Shown in pieces: positions 32,901-43,809 of a DNA stretch of 64,000 nucleotides (position 1 is its first letter; each line of letters begins with the position of its first letter). Under the pieces are notes generated by a model. The model ran no database searches. It was given only the letters and a program-made list of their open reading frames with translations, and had not been told where the DNA came from. Location of the stretch: positions 111,532 through 175,531 of the forward strand of contig JAXMBQ010000009.1 in assembly GCA_046349815.1 (NCBI GenBank), in the 5' to 3' direction. Source of the stretch: Pirellulales bacterium. GTDB lineage: Bacteria; Planctomycetota; Planctomycetia; Pirellulales; Pirellulaceae. The translations under genes were made by a program, and so were the position numbers.

Positions 32901-33201
32901 TCGCGACGTCCGCGGCCGAGAGTGATTAATCGCGAGAGCCTCGCGTAGCCCTGACGATTTCGGCACCAAAGCAATAAAGGGGGGGCGTCAACGAAGGGTG
33001 GAGTTCGGCTCCGATGATCAGCGGAACGGGAAAATCTTTGGCCGCCGAATGGGCTCGAACGACGCCCGCCAGAGTATCACGGTCTGTGATCGCTAGTCCG
33101 GAGTAGCCGAGCATGGCCGCTTTTTCGACCAGCTCGTCCGCGTGAGACGCCCCCTCCAGAAAGGAGAAATTGGTCTTGGCATGCAGCTCGACGTATTTCA
33201 T
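29949..33201 (-). CDS. dnaE2: Error-prone DNA polymerase DnaE2 (multiple frameshifts in this sequence)
   Basis: [18 protein letters not shown] (PHP), [50 protein letters not shown]-terminal SRDFH typical of DnaE2. Confidence 0.93.
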
Positions 33202-33352
33202 GGACGAACCCGAACGAAATTCGTCGGCGGCGGGGACGATTATTGGCTGACGAGTTGCGGACGGTGGTGAGGCCAATTAACGTGTAGGAAGGCGCACGGT
33301 CTAAACGGGCGTCTGCAACTCATCGGTTGGTCTCATTCTACAGGAAATTACG

Positions 33353-34795
33353 ATGCCGCGCCGTTGCATCCTTCGCGTTCTGAGCACACTCGGTCAATTC
33401 GCAGCCGCTGCGCTGGTCGTCACTGCTCTGAGCCATCCGGTAAGCGCCCAGAATAACAACAACAATAACAACAACAATAATAACAATAACAACAACAATA
33501 ACGGCAACCTGAACATTCAGCCTGCCGGTGTTGAAATCAATGCGCAGGGCGTGCTTAGCCTACAACGCACCGATCCGCAGTTGACGATGACTCGCGCCAT
33601 GGCAGCTCGCCAAGACCTGCCGATCGAACTGCGCCGCCCCAGTCCGATGCGCAAGGTTTCGCTGAATCGATTGGAAAAAGCGGTCGCAGCTCAATTGGCT
33701 GCCGGCAAGCGTCCCGATGTTTCGATGTTGGCGATGGCCGGCCTGACTCGTTTGGAATACGTCTTCTTTTATCCGGAAAGTGGTGACATCGTCGTCGCGG
33801 GTCCGGCCGAAGGCTTCACTTACAACGATACCGAGCGCCTGATCGGCATGGAAACCGGTGCTCCGACTCTGCTGCTCGAGGACATGGTCACCGCACTGCG
33901 AGCCTTCCCGTCCGCAGGTCAATCCAGCAACGTGATTGCTGTCTCGATCGATCCGACTCAAGACGGTCTGGCTCGCATGCAACAAACACTGCGTCAGATC
34001 GGCGGCACCTTCAACAACGACAGCGATATTCCGGTGATCGCCAATGCACTGCGTCAGTCGCTCGGTCTGCAAACCGTCACCATCAAAGGTGTTTCCCCGA
34101 ACACGCACTTCGCTCATGTCTTGACCGAAGCTGACTACCGCATGAAGCTCATCGGCATCGGACTGGAAGCTCCGCCCATTCCGTTGATCACTTATGTCTC
34201 GCGCATTTCTGCCGTCGGCATCCCGTCGAACGCCATGATCCGTTGGTACTTCGTTCCGAACTACGAAGCCATCGCCGCTAGTGAAGACGGAATGGCTATG
34301 CAACTGGTCGGTCACGGCGTCAAACTCGTCGGTGAAGATGAACTCGTGAACACCGACGGATCCCGTCGCAATTCGACCAAGGGGAACAACGCCAGCAAGG
34401 CTTACACGACCGACTTCACCAAGAAGTACGATGCGATCGCCAAAGCCAATCCGATCTACGCTCAGCTTCGCAACGTGATCGATATGTCGATCGCTGCTGC
34501 CTACATCCAGGATCGTCACTTCCTCGATCAAGCAAGTTGGGACCTCGGTGTGTTCGGTCGTGAATCGGACTTCTCTGTCGAACGCTTCCCGGCTCCTCAG
34601 CAAGTTGAAACCGCAGTCAATGCGATTCGAGTCGGCAACCGCGTGGTTACGCCGATCGGCGGCGGTGTCGCCATCCAAGCTCGCAAGGCTCTCTCAGAAG
34701 AGAATATCAAGGGCGATGAAAACGGTTCTATCCAAGCCGTTCGCTCGAAGATCTCTCTGAAGAACATCGACGACTCGCAATGGTGGTGGGATTAA
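33353..34795 (+). CDS. DUF1598 domain secreted protein (planctomycete-typical)
   Basis: Signal peptide, RKVSLNRLE, SIDPT, EADYRMKLIGIG, RWYF.P.Y, C-terminal WWWD. Confidence 0.8.
   Translation: MPRRCILRVLSTLGQFAAAALVVTALSHPVSAQNNNNNNNNNNNNNNNNNGNLNIQPAGVEINAQGVLSLQRTDPQLTMTRAMAARQDLPIELRRPSPMRKVSLNRLEKAVAAQLAAGKRPDVSMLAMAGLTRLEYVFFYPESGDIVVAGPAEGFTYNDTERLIGMETGAPTLLLEDMVTALRAFPSAGQSSNVIAVSIDPTQDGLARMQQTLRQIGGTFNNDSDIPVIANALRQSLGLQTVTIKGVSPNTHFAHVLTEADYRMKLIGIGLEAPPIPLITYVSRISAVGIPSNAMIRWYFVPNYEAIAASEDGMAMQLVGHGVKLVGEDELVNTDGSRRNSTKGNNASKAYTTDFTKKYDAIAKANPIYAQLRNVIDMSIAAAYIQDRHFLDQASWDLGVFGRESDFSVERFPAPQQVETAVNAIRVGNRVVTPIGGGVAIQARKALSEENIKGDENGSIQAVRSKISLKNIDDSQWWWD
33452..33502 (+). repeat. 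AAY trinucleotide tract encoding 17 Asn just after the signal peptide
   Basis: Mixed AAT/AAC codons read directly. Confidence 0.95.
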
Positions 34796-34838
34796 TCCTC
34801 CGCCTCCTGCTGCTCTGATTCATTGAGCAGCAATCTCC

Positions 34839-34897
34839 CTGAGCGGCAAAATTGCTGAGCGGAAAACTTGCTGAGCGGAAGGGCAAAGCCCTCCGGC
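34839..34897 (+). repeat. Three CTGAGCGG-headed 16-bp tandem units ending in REP-like unit copy B
   Basis: CTGAGCGGcaaaattg-CTGAGCGGaaaacttg-CTGAGCGGAAGGGCAAAGCCCTCCGGC. Confidence 0.7.
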
Positions 34898-34961
34898 TCG
34901 ATCTTCCAATGCCTTCGACCTTGAACTGCCCTCCGGCTAAATCCTCCGAAACAAAAAAACA

Positions 34962-35005
34962 AAACAGGGCGTTCGAGATCACTTCTCGAACGCCCTGTTT
35001 CTTTT
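34962..35005. terminator. Bidirectional intrinsic terminator
   Basis: AAACAGGGCGTTCGAGA-tcact-TCTCGAACGCCCTGTTT perfect stem, A-rich on the left and T-rich on the right, between convergent genes. Confidence 0.9.
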
Positions 35006-35060
35006 GATTTCAGGTGTTCAGCTCTCAGATCAGCGACGATCCAAGTTTCGCATCAGTCGA

Positions 35061-35703
35061 CTACTGATTGATCAGGCCTGACTTCACGGCCCACACGGCA
35101 GCCGCTGTTCGGTCGGCCGTATCGAGCTTGCGAAGAATGTTCTGTACGTGTTCCTTCACCGTCTCAACACTGATTTCCAGTGACGTGCCGATCTCTTTGT
35201 TGCTGAGCCCCAGTGCAATGTGTCGCAACACTTGCAGCTCGCGATTGGTCAGCGGAACATCTTTTGAGTCGCTGCGATCCTTACGCTTTGACATCGTGGC
35301 TTGCACACGGCGCAAGATACTTTGCTCGGGTGGTCGCTCGCGAGCCGCAGCGCGTCGGATGGCATCCAGCATCTGAATGCGGCTCGAATCTTTCAGGATG
35401 TAATCGTTAGCGCCCAGTGCGATGGCTCGCGCTACATATGTTGGATTGTCGTACGTCGAGATCATGACGACAGGTAGTTCCGGCACGCTCTCTCGAATTT
35501 GTTCGAGAGCGGTCAGCCCATCCTCTTCACCCATGCGCGCATCGAGCAACAAAGCGTTCGGGCTTTGCTGCTTTGCCAGATCGACCGTTTCCGTCACCGT
35601 TGCAGCCAGACCAACAATCTCGACGTCGCTGTCCACTAAAGAGCGAACCGATACCACTTCGCACTACTTCGTGATCGTCCGCTACCAATAATCGAATTGT
35701 CAT
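35061..35703 (-). CDS. NarL/LuxR family response regulator (indel near N-terminus)
   Basis: MTIRLLVADDHEVVRSG from ATG 35703 joins by frameshift to a REC domain and the HTH LTNRELQVL..GLSNKEIG..TVKEHV. Confidence 0.9.
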
Positions 35704-36313
35704 GCTTTACCCTCAAATTTCTTCCGGCTAAGTCCGGTTTCGGCATTGTCGCCGAGGCACTGCTGCAGATGGGCGATTTGCAGACGACAAAAGCATTATA
35801 GGGCGAATGACGAGCGAACACCCCTTCGATGAGGTGTTTCGCCACAAAATGGGGAATCATTTAGTGTCTGATATCAGTAGTGGCGTTTGAAGCCATCTCG
35901 CGAATACCACGACCCTCATCCATTGCAAGTATTGCTCGAATCAGAAGTTATTGCCATGTCCGGGGTTTGTCTACCGGGCGCAACCGAATCTTTTTCAAAA
36001 GCAATCCCGAAAAACCGGAACCGGAACCCCTCTGCAGGGATGCGCCGGACAGCATGTCGGATATGGGAGCCATTCCCAGATCTGTTCGGCATCGATCGCG
36101 AACGGAATTTGCTCTCGACCAGGCACATCGCTTCAGCCGTTTTTTCCAGCGCCCGTTTGCTGTTCGCTGTTTCGTAACCTACCTAACTAAGGGGCATTTC
36201 CTGCCGGAATTGCAACCGGCAACTCATACCCCAAAACGAAGTAGTCGCTTTCCGGCGACGAAACCGCCGCTTTTTAGTCCCGTTCGCGCTACATTTTTGC
36301 GAAAAGACCCCCA

Positions 36314-37720
36314 ATGGCCGCTGCTCCTTCAGTCCGCCTCCTGCTGGTAGACGATGATCGCTGGCTGCTGGAATCCATGGCGGATTGGCTGGGCACCCAA
36401 GGCTTCACCGTAACCACCGCCATCTCTTCGGCTGTCGCCAAAGACAAACTGCGATCGGGCGCATTCGATCTGTCGCTGGTCGACATCAACCTCGAAGGTG
36501 AGGACGGTTTTCAATTCCTCTCTTGGTGCCGCAAGAAGGTTCCCGATCTCCCGGTCGTTATGATCTCAGGCTATGCGGGACCTGACGCCGGCCCAGAAGC
36601 GATCGCCGCCGGAGCCGTGGATCTGCTGACCAAGCCGGTTGTCGACCAAGAACTGCTGTTCTGTCTCAAGCGAGCGATGAATCAAAATCGCATCGCAGAT
36701 GAGAACCGCCGACTCAAAGAAGAGCTCGATCGTCGCACCGGACTGGAGAGTATTCTCAGTCACGATCCGCGCATGCTGCGCATCTTCGATGTGATCGACT
36801 CCGTCGCAGACACACGGGCCAGCGTGCTGATCACCGGTGAGAACGGTACCGGTAAGTCGATGATCGCACGCGCAATCCATCGTCGCAGCCGTCGCCGAAA
36901 CAATCCATTCGTCGAAGTGGCTTGCGGTGCGCTCCCCGATAATCTGCTGGAAAGCGAACTCTTCGGACACACGGCGGGCGCGTTCACCGGCGCCAACCAT
37001 GCCAAGGTCGGCAAGTTCAAACATGCCGACACCGGTACGATATTCCTCGACGAGATCGGTACTGCTTCAACCGCATTGCAAATCAAGCTGCTGCGAGTGC
37101 TGCAGGAACTACAGTTCGAACCACTGGGCGGACTGGAAACATTGACAGTCGATACGCGAGTCATCTTGGCAACCAATGAAGACTTGCAGCAAGCGGTTGC
37201 TGAAAAGCGATTTCGGCAAGATCTTTTCTACCGCATCAACGTCATCCACTTGGAACTGCCTGCGCTGCGAGAACGAGCCGCAGACGTTCCGTTGCTGGTC
37301 GAACACTTCCTACAAAAAGCGATTCAAGAAACCGGCAAGGAAGTCGACGGATTCACCGAAGAAGCCATGGTCGCCATGTGCAACTATGCTTGGCCCGGCA
37401 ATATCCGCGAACTCGAAAACGTAGTGCAGCGAGCGGTGTTGCTTTCCAAATCAAACACGCTCTGCGCTTCCTTACTGCCGCCCAGCGTCGGAGCCGGCGC
37501 TCCGACTTCGTCCGGCTCAGCATCGGCCGCGTTCAGTATCTGCAAAGGCCAAACTCTGCGCGATGCACTGGAAGGCCCCGAGAGACAGATCATTCTCGAA
37601 GTCTTGCGGCTGAACAATTTCAGTCGCAATCTGACGGCCGATCAACTCGGCATCAACCGCACGACGCTCTACAAAAAGATGAAGAAGCTCGGCTTGGACA
37701 CTGTCGAGTGCAAGGACTAG
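36314..37720 (+). CDS. Sigma-54-dependent response regulator (NtrC/AtoC type)
   Basis: REC domain, GENGTGKS, ELFGH..GAFTGA, WPGNIRELEN, Fis-type HTH. Confidence 0.95.
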   Translation: MAAAPSVRLLLVDDDRWLLESMADWLGTQGFTVTTAISSAVAKDKLRSGAFDLSLVDINLEGEDGFQFLSWCRKKVPDLPVVMISGYAGPDAGPEAIAAGAVDLLTKPVVDQELLFCLKRAMNQNRIADENRRLKEELDRRTGLESILSHDPRMLRIFDVIDSVADTRASVLITGENGTGKSMIARAIHRRSRRRNNPFVEVACGALPDNLLESELFGHTAGAFTGANHAKVGKFKHADTGTIFLDEIGTASTALQIKLLRVLQELQFEPLGGLETLTVDTRVILATNEDLQQAVAEKRFRQDLFYRINVIHLELPALRERAADVPLLVEHFLQKAIQETGKEVDGFTEEAMVAMCNYAWPGNIRELENVVQRAVLLSKSNTLCASLLPPSVGAGAPTSSGSASAAFSICKGQTLRDALEGPERQIILEVLRLNNFSRNLTADQLGINRTTLYKKMKKLGLDTVECKD

Positions 37721-37787
37721 ACTACTCCCTTCGTTCATTTGATGAACAAGTGAATTAAGTCTGTGTTCCTTCGCAACGGAGTTTCGC

Positions 37788-38249
37788 ATGTCTGCAGAAG
37801 AGCAATTGGTTAAGCTCGGCCTGGAGTTGCCCCCCGCCCCGAAGCCTGTCGGACTTTACAAGCCGGTCGTGATCATCGGCAACCTGGCTTATCTATCGGG
37901 TCACGGTCCTCTTAAGAGCGACGGGACATTGATCACCGGACGGCTCGGCGCTGACATGACGCTTGAACAAGGCCAAGCTGCAGCGCGACAAACCGGACTG
38001 GCTATGCTGGCCACGCTCAGGGCCAACCTTGGATCGCTCGACCGCGTCGTGCGCTTGATCAAGACTCTCGGCCTTGTTCGATCGACGGATGATTTCGGTC
38101 AACAGCCGGCTGTTATCAACGGTTGCAGCCAACTGTTCGCCGATGTGTTCGGAACCGATAACGGAATTGCAGCTCGCAGCGCTCTGGGCACCAACGCACT
38201 CCCCGGCGGTATCGCAGTCGAAATCGAAGCGATATTCGAAATCCGCTAA
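37788..38249 (+). CDS. RidA/YjgF family protein
   Basis: YLSGHGP, NGCSQLF, ARSALG, VEIEAIFE. Confidence 0.9.
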   Translation: MSAEEQLVKLGLELPPAPKPVGLYKPVVIIGNLAYLSGHGPLKSDGTLITGRLGADMTLEQGQAAARQTGLAMLATLRANLGSLDRVVRLIKTLGLVRSTDDFGQQPAVINGCSQLFADVFGTDNGIAARSALGTNALPGGIAVEIEAIFEIR

Positions 38250-38437
38250 GCAGATTGCGTGTGCGCTTGTCGACTTCATCACAACTCGACGTATGAGGAC
38301 TTGTTGATTTACTTCAAGCGGAACGGCGCAAGCCGTCCGGTTCTTTAAGATCGATGGTGCTTTACCGGACCGCTTGCGCCGTTCCGCTTGCATGAAATCA
38401 TCAGTCGCCTTGGGCCCAGAGGGCCGACACAACGCTA

Positions 38438-38536
38438 GGCTTTGTCTCGAAAGATGAACCACGTAGCAGCGTTTCTCCGAAACGCTGGTGAATCTGCGTC
38501 TCCGAGAGCCGCAGCCATATGTTTTCAGACAGAGCC
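38438..38536. mobile_element. ~100-bp MITE-like element, copy 1, with 15-bp imperfect terminal inverted repeats and internal REP-like hairpins
   Basis: GGCTTTGTCTCGAAA...TTTTCAGACAGAGCC, flanked by cTA|...|TAg; second copy at 57085-57184. Confidence 0.8.
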
Positions 38537-38819
38537 TAGCCGGCCGATGCGGCCGCCAAACGATATGTCGGCCCTTCAGGCCTGGGCTCTCAATCGATCT
38601 CTCCGCTGAGATCGCGACTCCGCTGAGTTCGTCCATAAAAGCGGGTGCCGATCGCGTCGTGACCGACTAGAATAAGTCGGACGTCTTCACGTTCCTACGC
38701 CGACAGCGAAAGCATCGCACCCCTCCCACCGATCGCAGAGATCCCGTCTCGCGCTACATTCAAAATCTGCATCTCGATAATCTGCGTTCGCCCCACCTCC
38801 CCGCCTTAGAACGAAACGC

Positions 38820-40188
38820 ATGTTGCTCCGATTCCAATGTCGATATCGAATTCGAACTCGATCACGACAATTCGCTGATCGTATCCTGCATTGCTTGGTC
38901 TTAGCTTGCACAGCGTCAGCGCTCATCGGTTGCGGTTCACACGTTGTTCCGAACGCGAACGCGCCGACCGCTAAAGCCGAACCGGAACCGATTCGCGTGG
39001 CGTGCTTCCAGATCACCGAGCGAATGTGGCCGCGTCTGGCGAAGTGCCAAGGAGCCTATTCGTCGATGACTCGACCGTTGTCGGTTCACGCGTGGCCGGC
39101 TTGGTGGCCGCGACATCGGTCGATGTAGGGGATCGAGTCGAACGAGGTCAAGAACTGGTCGCGCTGGACGATGAAGAGTTCAAACTGCAACTGGCCGCAT
39201 CCGAAGCCTCGCTCACTCAGGCTCGAGCACTGATCGGTCTCAAGCCTGAAGACCCGGTCTCGAAACTGAATCCGCAAAACGCTCCTCCCGTGCGCCGACA
39301 AATGCGGTACTCGATGAAGCGAACGGTCGCGCCGAACGATGGCAGTTGCTGCGCAGTCAGAATGCCGTGGCTGAAGAAGAATTGCAGACTCTCCTCTCCG
39401 CAGTCAAAGTCGCCGAAGCTCGCTATGCATCGGCGCTCAACAGTGTCCACAGCAACATCGCTCTCGTTGCAGTTCGCACCGCCGAAGTCGATCTGGCTCG
39501 ACAACACATTAGCGATGCACACATCACTTCCCCGTTCAACGGTTATGTCCAAGCTCGCCACGTCGCCGCCGGTATGTATGTGCAGATCGGTACGCCGCTG
39601 ATGACCATCGTCCGTGTCGATACGCTCCGGTTCCGCGGATCGTTGCCCGAACGTATGGCCGGCGAGCTGCAAATCGGCGACTCGATCAGCCTCCGAGTGG
39701 AATCGATCCCCGATCCGATTGCCGCTAAGGTCAGCCGTATTACTCCCGCGCTCGACATGACCAGCCGTTCGCTCGCCTTCGAAGCTCAAATCGATAATCG
39801 AGACGGCAAGCTCGAGCGACGTTCGCCGAAGCGGATGTCATACTCGACGATCAAGCTCAAGCACTGGTGATTCGAAATCGGCCCTCGTTGAATTCGCCGG
39901 TGCTGAGAAAGTCTGGATCGTCAATGCGGGCCGCGCGCAAGAGCAAGCGGTCCGAGTCGGTCGTAGAACATCGGAATGGATCGAAATCATCGGCGGCCTG
40001 AAAACGCAAGACACGATTCTTCGCACAGGCAGCGAAGGCTCGGCATCACCGGTGATCGCGCTGCTCGAACAGTCTTCTGACAATCCGTTGCAGAATGACG
40101 AGAACCAAGCAGGTGCGCAATCAAAACCGGTCCTTACGGAATCGAACAAGAACGATTCCGCTTCACCTTCGCAGCCTGCCGGCTGATC
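38820..40188 (+). CDS. RND efflux periplasmic adaptor (frameshifted)
   Basis: Lipobox LIGC, VDVGDRVERGQEL biotinyl-like fold, ITSPFNGYV, and a C-terminal VRVGRR..EWIEIIGGL segment, spread across frames. Confidence 0.85.
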
Positions 40189-40213
40189 ATACACTGGGGC
40201 CGAATCCTTTCAG

Positions 40214-43200
40214 GTGCAGTTGAAGCATTTATTGGTTAGCCGAACTCTGCGTCAAACGCCCGGTGTTTGCACTGATGCTCATCGCCGCTTTAGTCGTTGC
40301 GGGCTTGGTCGCATTCCCTTCGCTCGGTGTCGATCGCTATCCGAGCATGGACATGCCGACGATCATGGTGCGGACCACCTATCCCGGCGCTGCATCGGTC
40401 GAAGTCGAAGCCGAGGTCTCACAAGTCCTCGAAGATGCCGTGGCTACTGTCTCAGGTATCGAAGAGCTCCGCTCGATATCGAATGACGGACAGTCGATTC
40501 TGATGATCACGTTCAACTTGAATCGTAATCTCGATGCCGCCGTTCAAGATGTGCGCGATGCGATTTCCGGAGTCGCGAATCGATTGCCTCCCAACCTCGA
40601 TCCTCCGGTCGTGCAAAAACAAGACACCGACTCATCGCCGGTCATGTCGCTGGCTGTCTCCGGTCCGCGTTCCAGTTCGGAACTGTTCATGCTGGCCGAT
40701 CGCTACGTGAAGAACGTCATCGAATCGGCGCCGGGTGTCGGTCAAGTCACAATCGCAGGCTCGGCCGACCGAGCCGTGCAAGTCAACATCGACGCCCGCC
40801 GCTTGGCCGCTCATCAGCTTTCCATCCTCGAAGTACGCGAAGCTTTGCAGCGTCAGAACGTCGAAGTGCCGGGAGGTCGTGTCGATGAAGGTCTGCGCGA
40901 GCGATCGCTGCGCACGCTCGGCCGAGTCACTTACTCTCGCAACTTCCCAGACCTAGTCGTCGCCAACACATCAGGCGCGCCGATCCGCTTGAGCGACCTC
41001 GGTGAAGTGGAAGACGCAACGAAAGAAGTGCGCACGCTCGCTCGGCTCAGCGGTCAACCGGCTGTGGTTCTTCAGGTCCAACGGCAATCGGGCGAGAATA
41101 CGGTCAAAGTGATCGACGCGGTAAAGGCCAGACTACCGCGCAGCCAAGTCCTGCTGCCGGACGATGTCACGGTAACAGTCATCCAAGACCAATCGCGATA
41201 CATTATGGCCGCGCTGCATGAGATCGAAGGGCACTTGGTCTCCGGCAGTATTCTCGCATGTCTCACGGTTCTCCTTTTCATGCGCTCATGGCGATCCACA
41301 TTCATCGCAGCAGTAGCCATTCCGACTTCGATCATCGCCACCTTTGCGTTCATGAAACTGTTCGGCTTTACCTTGAACAACGTCACGATGTTGGCATTGG
41401 TGTTGATGGTCGGCGTGGTGATCGACGATGCCATCGTGGTGCTCGAGAATGTATTCCGTTGTATCGAAGAAGAAGGGATGGACCCGTACAAAGCTTCGAT
41501 CGTCGGCACTCGCGAGATCGGTATCGCGGTGCTCGCAACCACTGTCTCTCTCGTCATCGTCTTCCTCCTGCATCGTCTTTGTCGAGCGTCACCGGTCGCA
41601 TGCTTTTTCAATTCGGTGTGACGGCAACCGTAGCCATTTTGGTCTCGATGTTCGTCAGCTTTACACTCACGCCGATGATGCGTCGCTTGCTGAAACCGAA
41701 TCCGCATTCCGTCACCACACAGGCGAAGCCGCTGACCGACAAGCCGCAGCTAAATCGCGAGTCAGTTTTTACGGCATCATCGAAGCCGCTTACATGTGGC
41801 TCCTCCGTTTGTCGTTGAAATACCGCCCCTGCTGTTCTCTTGCTGTCGATCGCCGTCATTGCATCGAACGCGTGGTTGTATGGTTGGGTCAAGCAGATTG
41901 GCATTCCGACAAAATGTCGACGAATCCGAGTTCGAGGTCAGCTTGACCGCCGGCGAAGGAACGAACTCTGCAAGCCATGAACGAGTGTGGCCCGAGCCGA
42001 ACAGATCATCACGGATGTACCGGGCGTCAAACTGACACTGACAACCGTCGGTACGCGAGGGATCTGGCGGAGTGAACCGCGCGGCGATATTTATGTGCGG
42101 CTCTCTGAGATTGACGGTTTGTTTTTCCATGCGTCGTTTGTGGAACGGACTGCTGGGCAGGCGATCCGAACGGTTTTCCGCGGAAACTTTCACAGCGTGA
42201 AAGATGGATGAGATCGCGCGAAAATCAAAACCATTTCCGGCGTGCGGAGCTTCGGTTCGCAACTTGACTGCTACGTCAGGGAGCTCCGGTCGATATCGAT
42301 TTCTCCATCACCGGCACCGGATAAGGTTCAAGCCGCTCGCTGAGTTCAGCGAGCAACTGCGAGTCAAAGCAGTATCGATTCCAGGGATCGTCGATGTCGA
42401 TACAACCCTGCGGCTCGACAAACCTGAACTGCTGGCTCGCACGATCGTGAACGAGCGCGTGCTGCTGGGATTGATGCTCAAGAGATAGCCGACACGCTGC
42501 GCATCGCTGTCGGTGGTGATGATCGAAACCCGCGCTAATGCGACTTGAGTGTCGACGATGCCTACGATGTGGAGCTCCGCTTGGTCGGTGTCGATCGTCG
42601 CGACGTCGGGATTCCATTTCCACAGTTGCATGCACGGCACGCATCCCATTGCGACGAGCGGCGATCGCGCGCAGGCGAGCGGATACAACGAGCGAGCCTG
42701 CAGCGTCGCTCACTCGTATCGATAACGTCGTGCAGTTCGAGCCCGCGAACTGGATCGCCCGCATCGACTGGCTCGATCGCCAACGGGATGGTCGCAGTGC
42801 GAGCTCAACGTAAGCGCCCGGTTATGCACTGGCGGATCGAATCGCTGCTGCTCTTGCAAGCGTGCTGCACGAGATCGGACTACCGGCGGGCTTCTTGAAA
42901 CTCGCGTCCTCGGTCGCGGTTGCGGAGCTCGAACGAACCCTCTCCGACTTCGTCTGGACGTTCGCTCTGTCGTTCGTCTTCATGTACATCAGCTCGCCGC
43001 GAGTACGAACACATGGTCCATCCGCCGACGATTCTCCTGTCGCTACCGATGTCGGTGCCGTTCGGATTGATCAGTCTGTATTGGGGCGGCGAGACATTGA
43101 ATCCTGTATTCAGTTCTCGGCATTTTGGTGTTGTTCGGGGTCGTGAAGAAAGCAGCCATTCTGCAGATCGATTACACGAACACCTTGCGTAGTCGCGGCC

Positions 43201-43500
43201 GATCGCGACTGGACGCCACGCTGCTGGCCAACCGAGACCGCTTGCGACCGATCTTCGATGACCACCATTTCGTTCGTCGCAGGATTGTTGCCGCTGCTGG
43301 TGGCAAACGGTCCTGAGCCGAAGAGCGGCGGCCGATTGCCGTGCTGGTGGTAGGCGGCAAACGCTGAGAGTTTGCTGCTGACATTGCTCGCCGTTCCCGT
43401 GATTTACACCTATTTAGACGACATCGGGCGCGTGGTTAGCGAAAGGCTGGGCTGCCCCCGCCGATTCCAGCCTCCACAGCCGCTAAAGCTCGGAGCCGAA
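40214..43500 (+). CDS. RND efflux permease (AcrB/AcrD/AcrF family, heavily frameshifted 3' half)
   Basis: [51 protein letters not shown]. Confidence 0.85.
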
Positions 43501-43520
43501 CTGAGCGCGTCGAGCGGTTC

Positions 43521-43549
43521 TTGACAGGTTTTGCGACTGCTGATACTTT
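43521..43549 (+). promoter_or_regulatory. Sigma-70-type promoter of tRNA-Ala
   Basis: TTGACA-N17-TACTTT with an extended -10 TG, 47 bp upstream of the tRNA. Confidence 0.75.
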
Positions 43550-43596
43550 GATTCCCTTCACGGCGACGAGCCGCCAAGTTCATCAGCGTGTCCTAA

Positions 43597-43671
43597 GGGG
43601 GATTAGTCAGTTGGGGAGAGCCGCTTTGCATGGCATGCAAGAGGTCATCGGTTCGCGTCCGTTATCCTCCA
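43597..43671 (+). tRNA. tRNA-Ala (anticodon GGC), with apparent small indels
   Basis: GGGGGATTAG.TCAGTTGGG.AGAGC..TTGCA-TGGCA-TGCAAGAGGTCATCGGTTCG.GTCCGTTATCCTCCA; G3:U70 Ala determinant; acceptor stem GGGGGAT/ATCCTCC. Confidence 0.93.
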
Positions 43672-43696
43672 TTCGCGAAGCGAACAGAGTAGACAG

Positions 43697-43809
43697 AGAA
43701 AGTAGAGAGTAGAAAGATTCGAGTCCTGGAGACTTTCTAGGCCGTAAATCGTTCATCACCACTCCACTTTCTCCTTCCCTTACCGGCTCATTTCTACTCA
43801 CTACTTTCT
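43697..43809. repeat. 19-bp inverted repeat just downstream of the tRNA (att-like)
   Basis: AGAAAGTAGAGAGTAGAAA (43697-43715) / TTTCTACTCACTACTTTCT (43791-43809), 1 mismatch. Confidence 0.8.

Noticed and set aside
29949-33201. Programmed frameshifting or true pseudogene status of dnaE2
   Set aside because: The indels are many and scattered, and neighbouring genes share the pattern. Assembly error is the simpler explanation.
33452-33502. AAY-rich tract as a diversity-generating retroelement template repeat
   Set aside because: There is no reverse transcriptase and no second A-mismatched copy. It is a simple in-frame poly-Asn.
35704-36313. Sigma-54 -24/-12 promoter
   Set aside because: No good TGGCAC-N5-TTGC match was found on either strand by eye.
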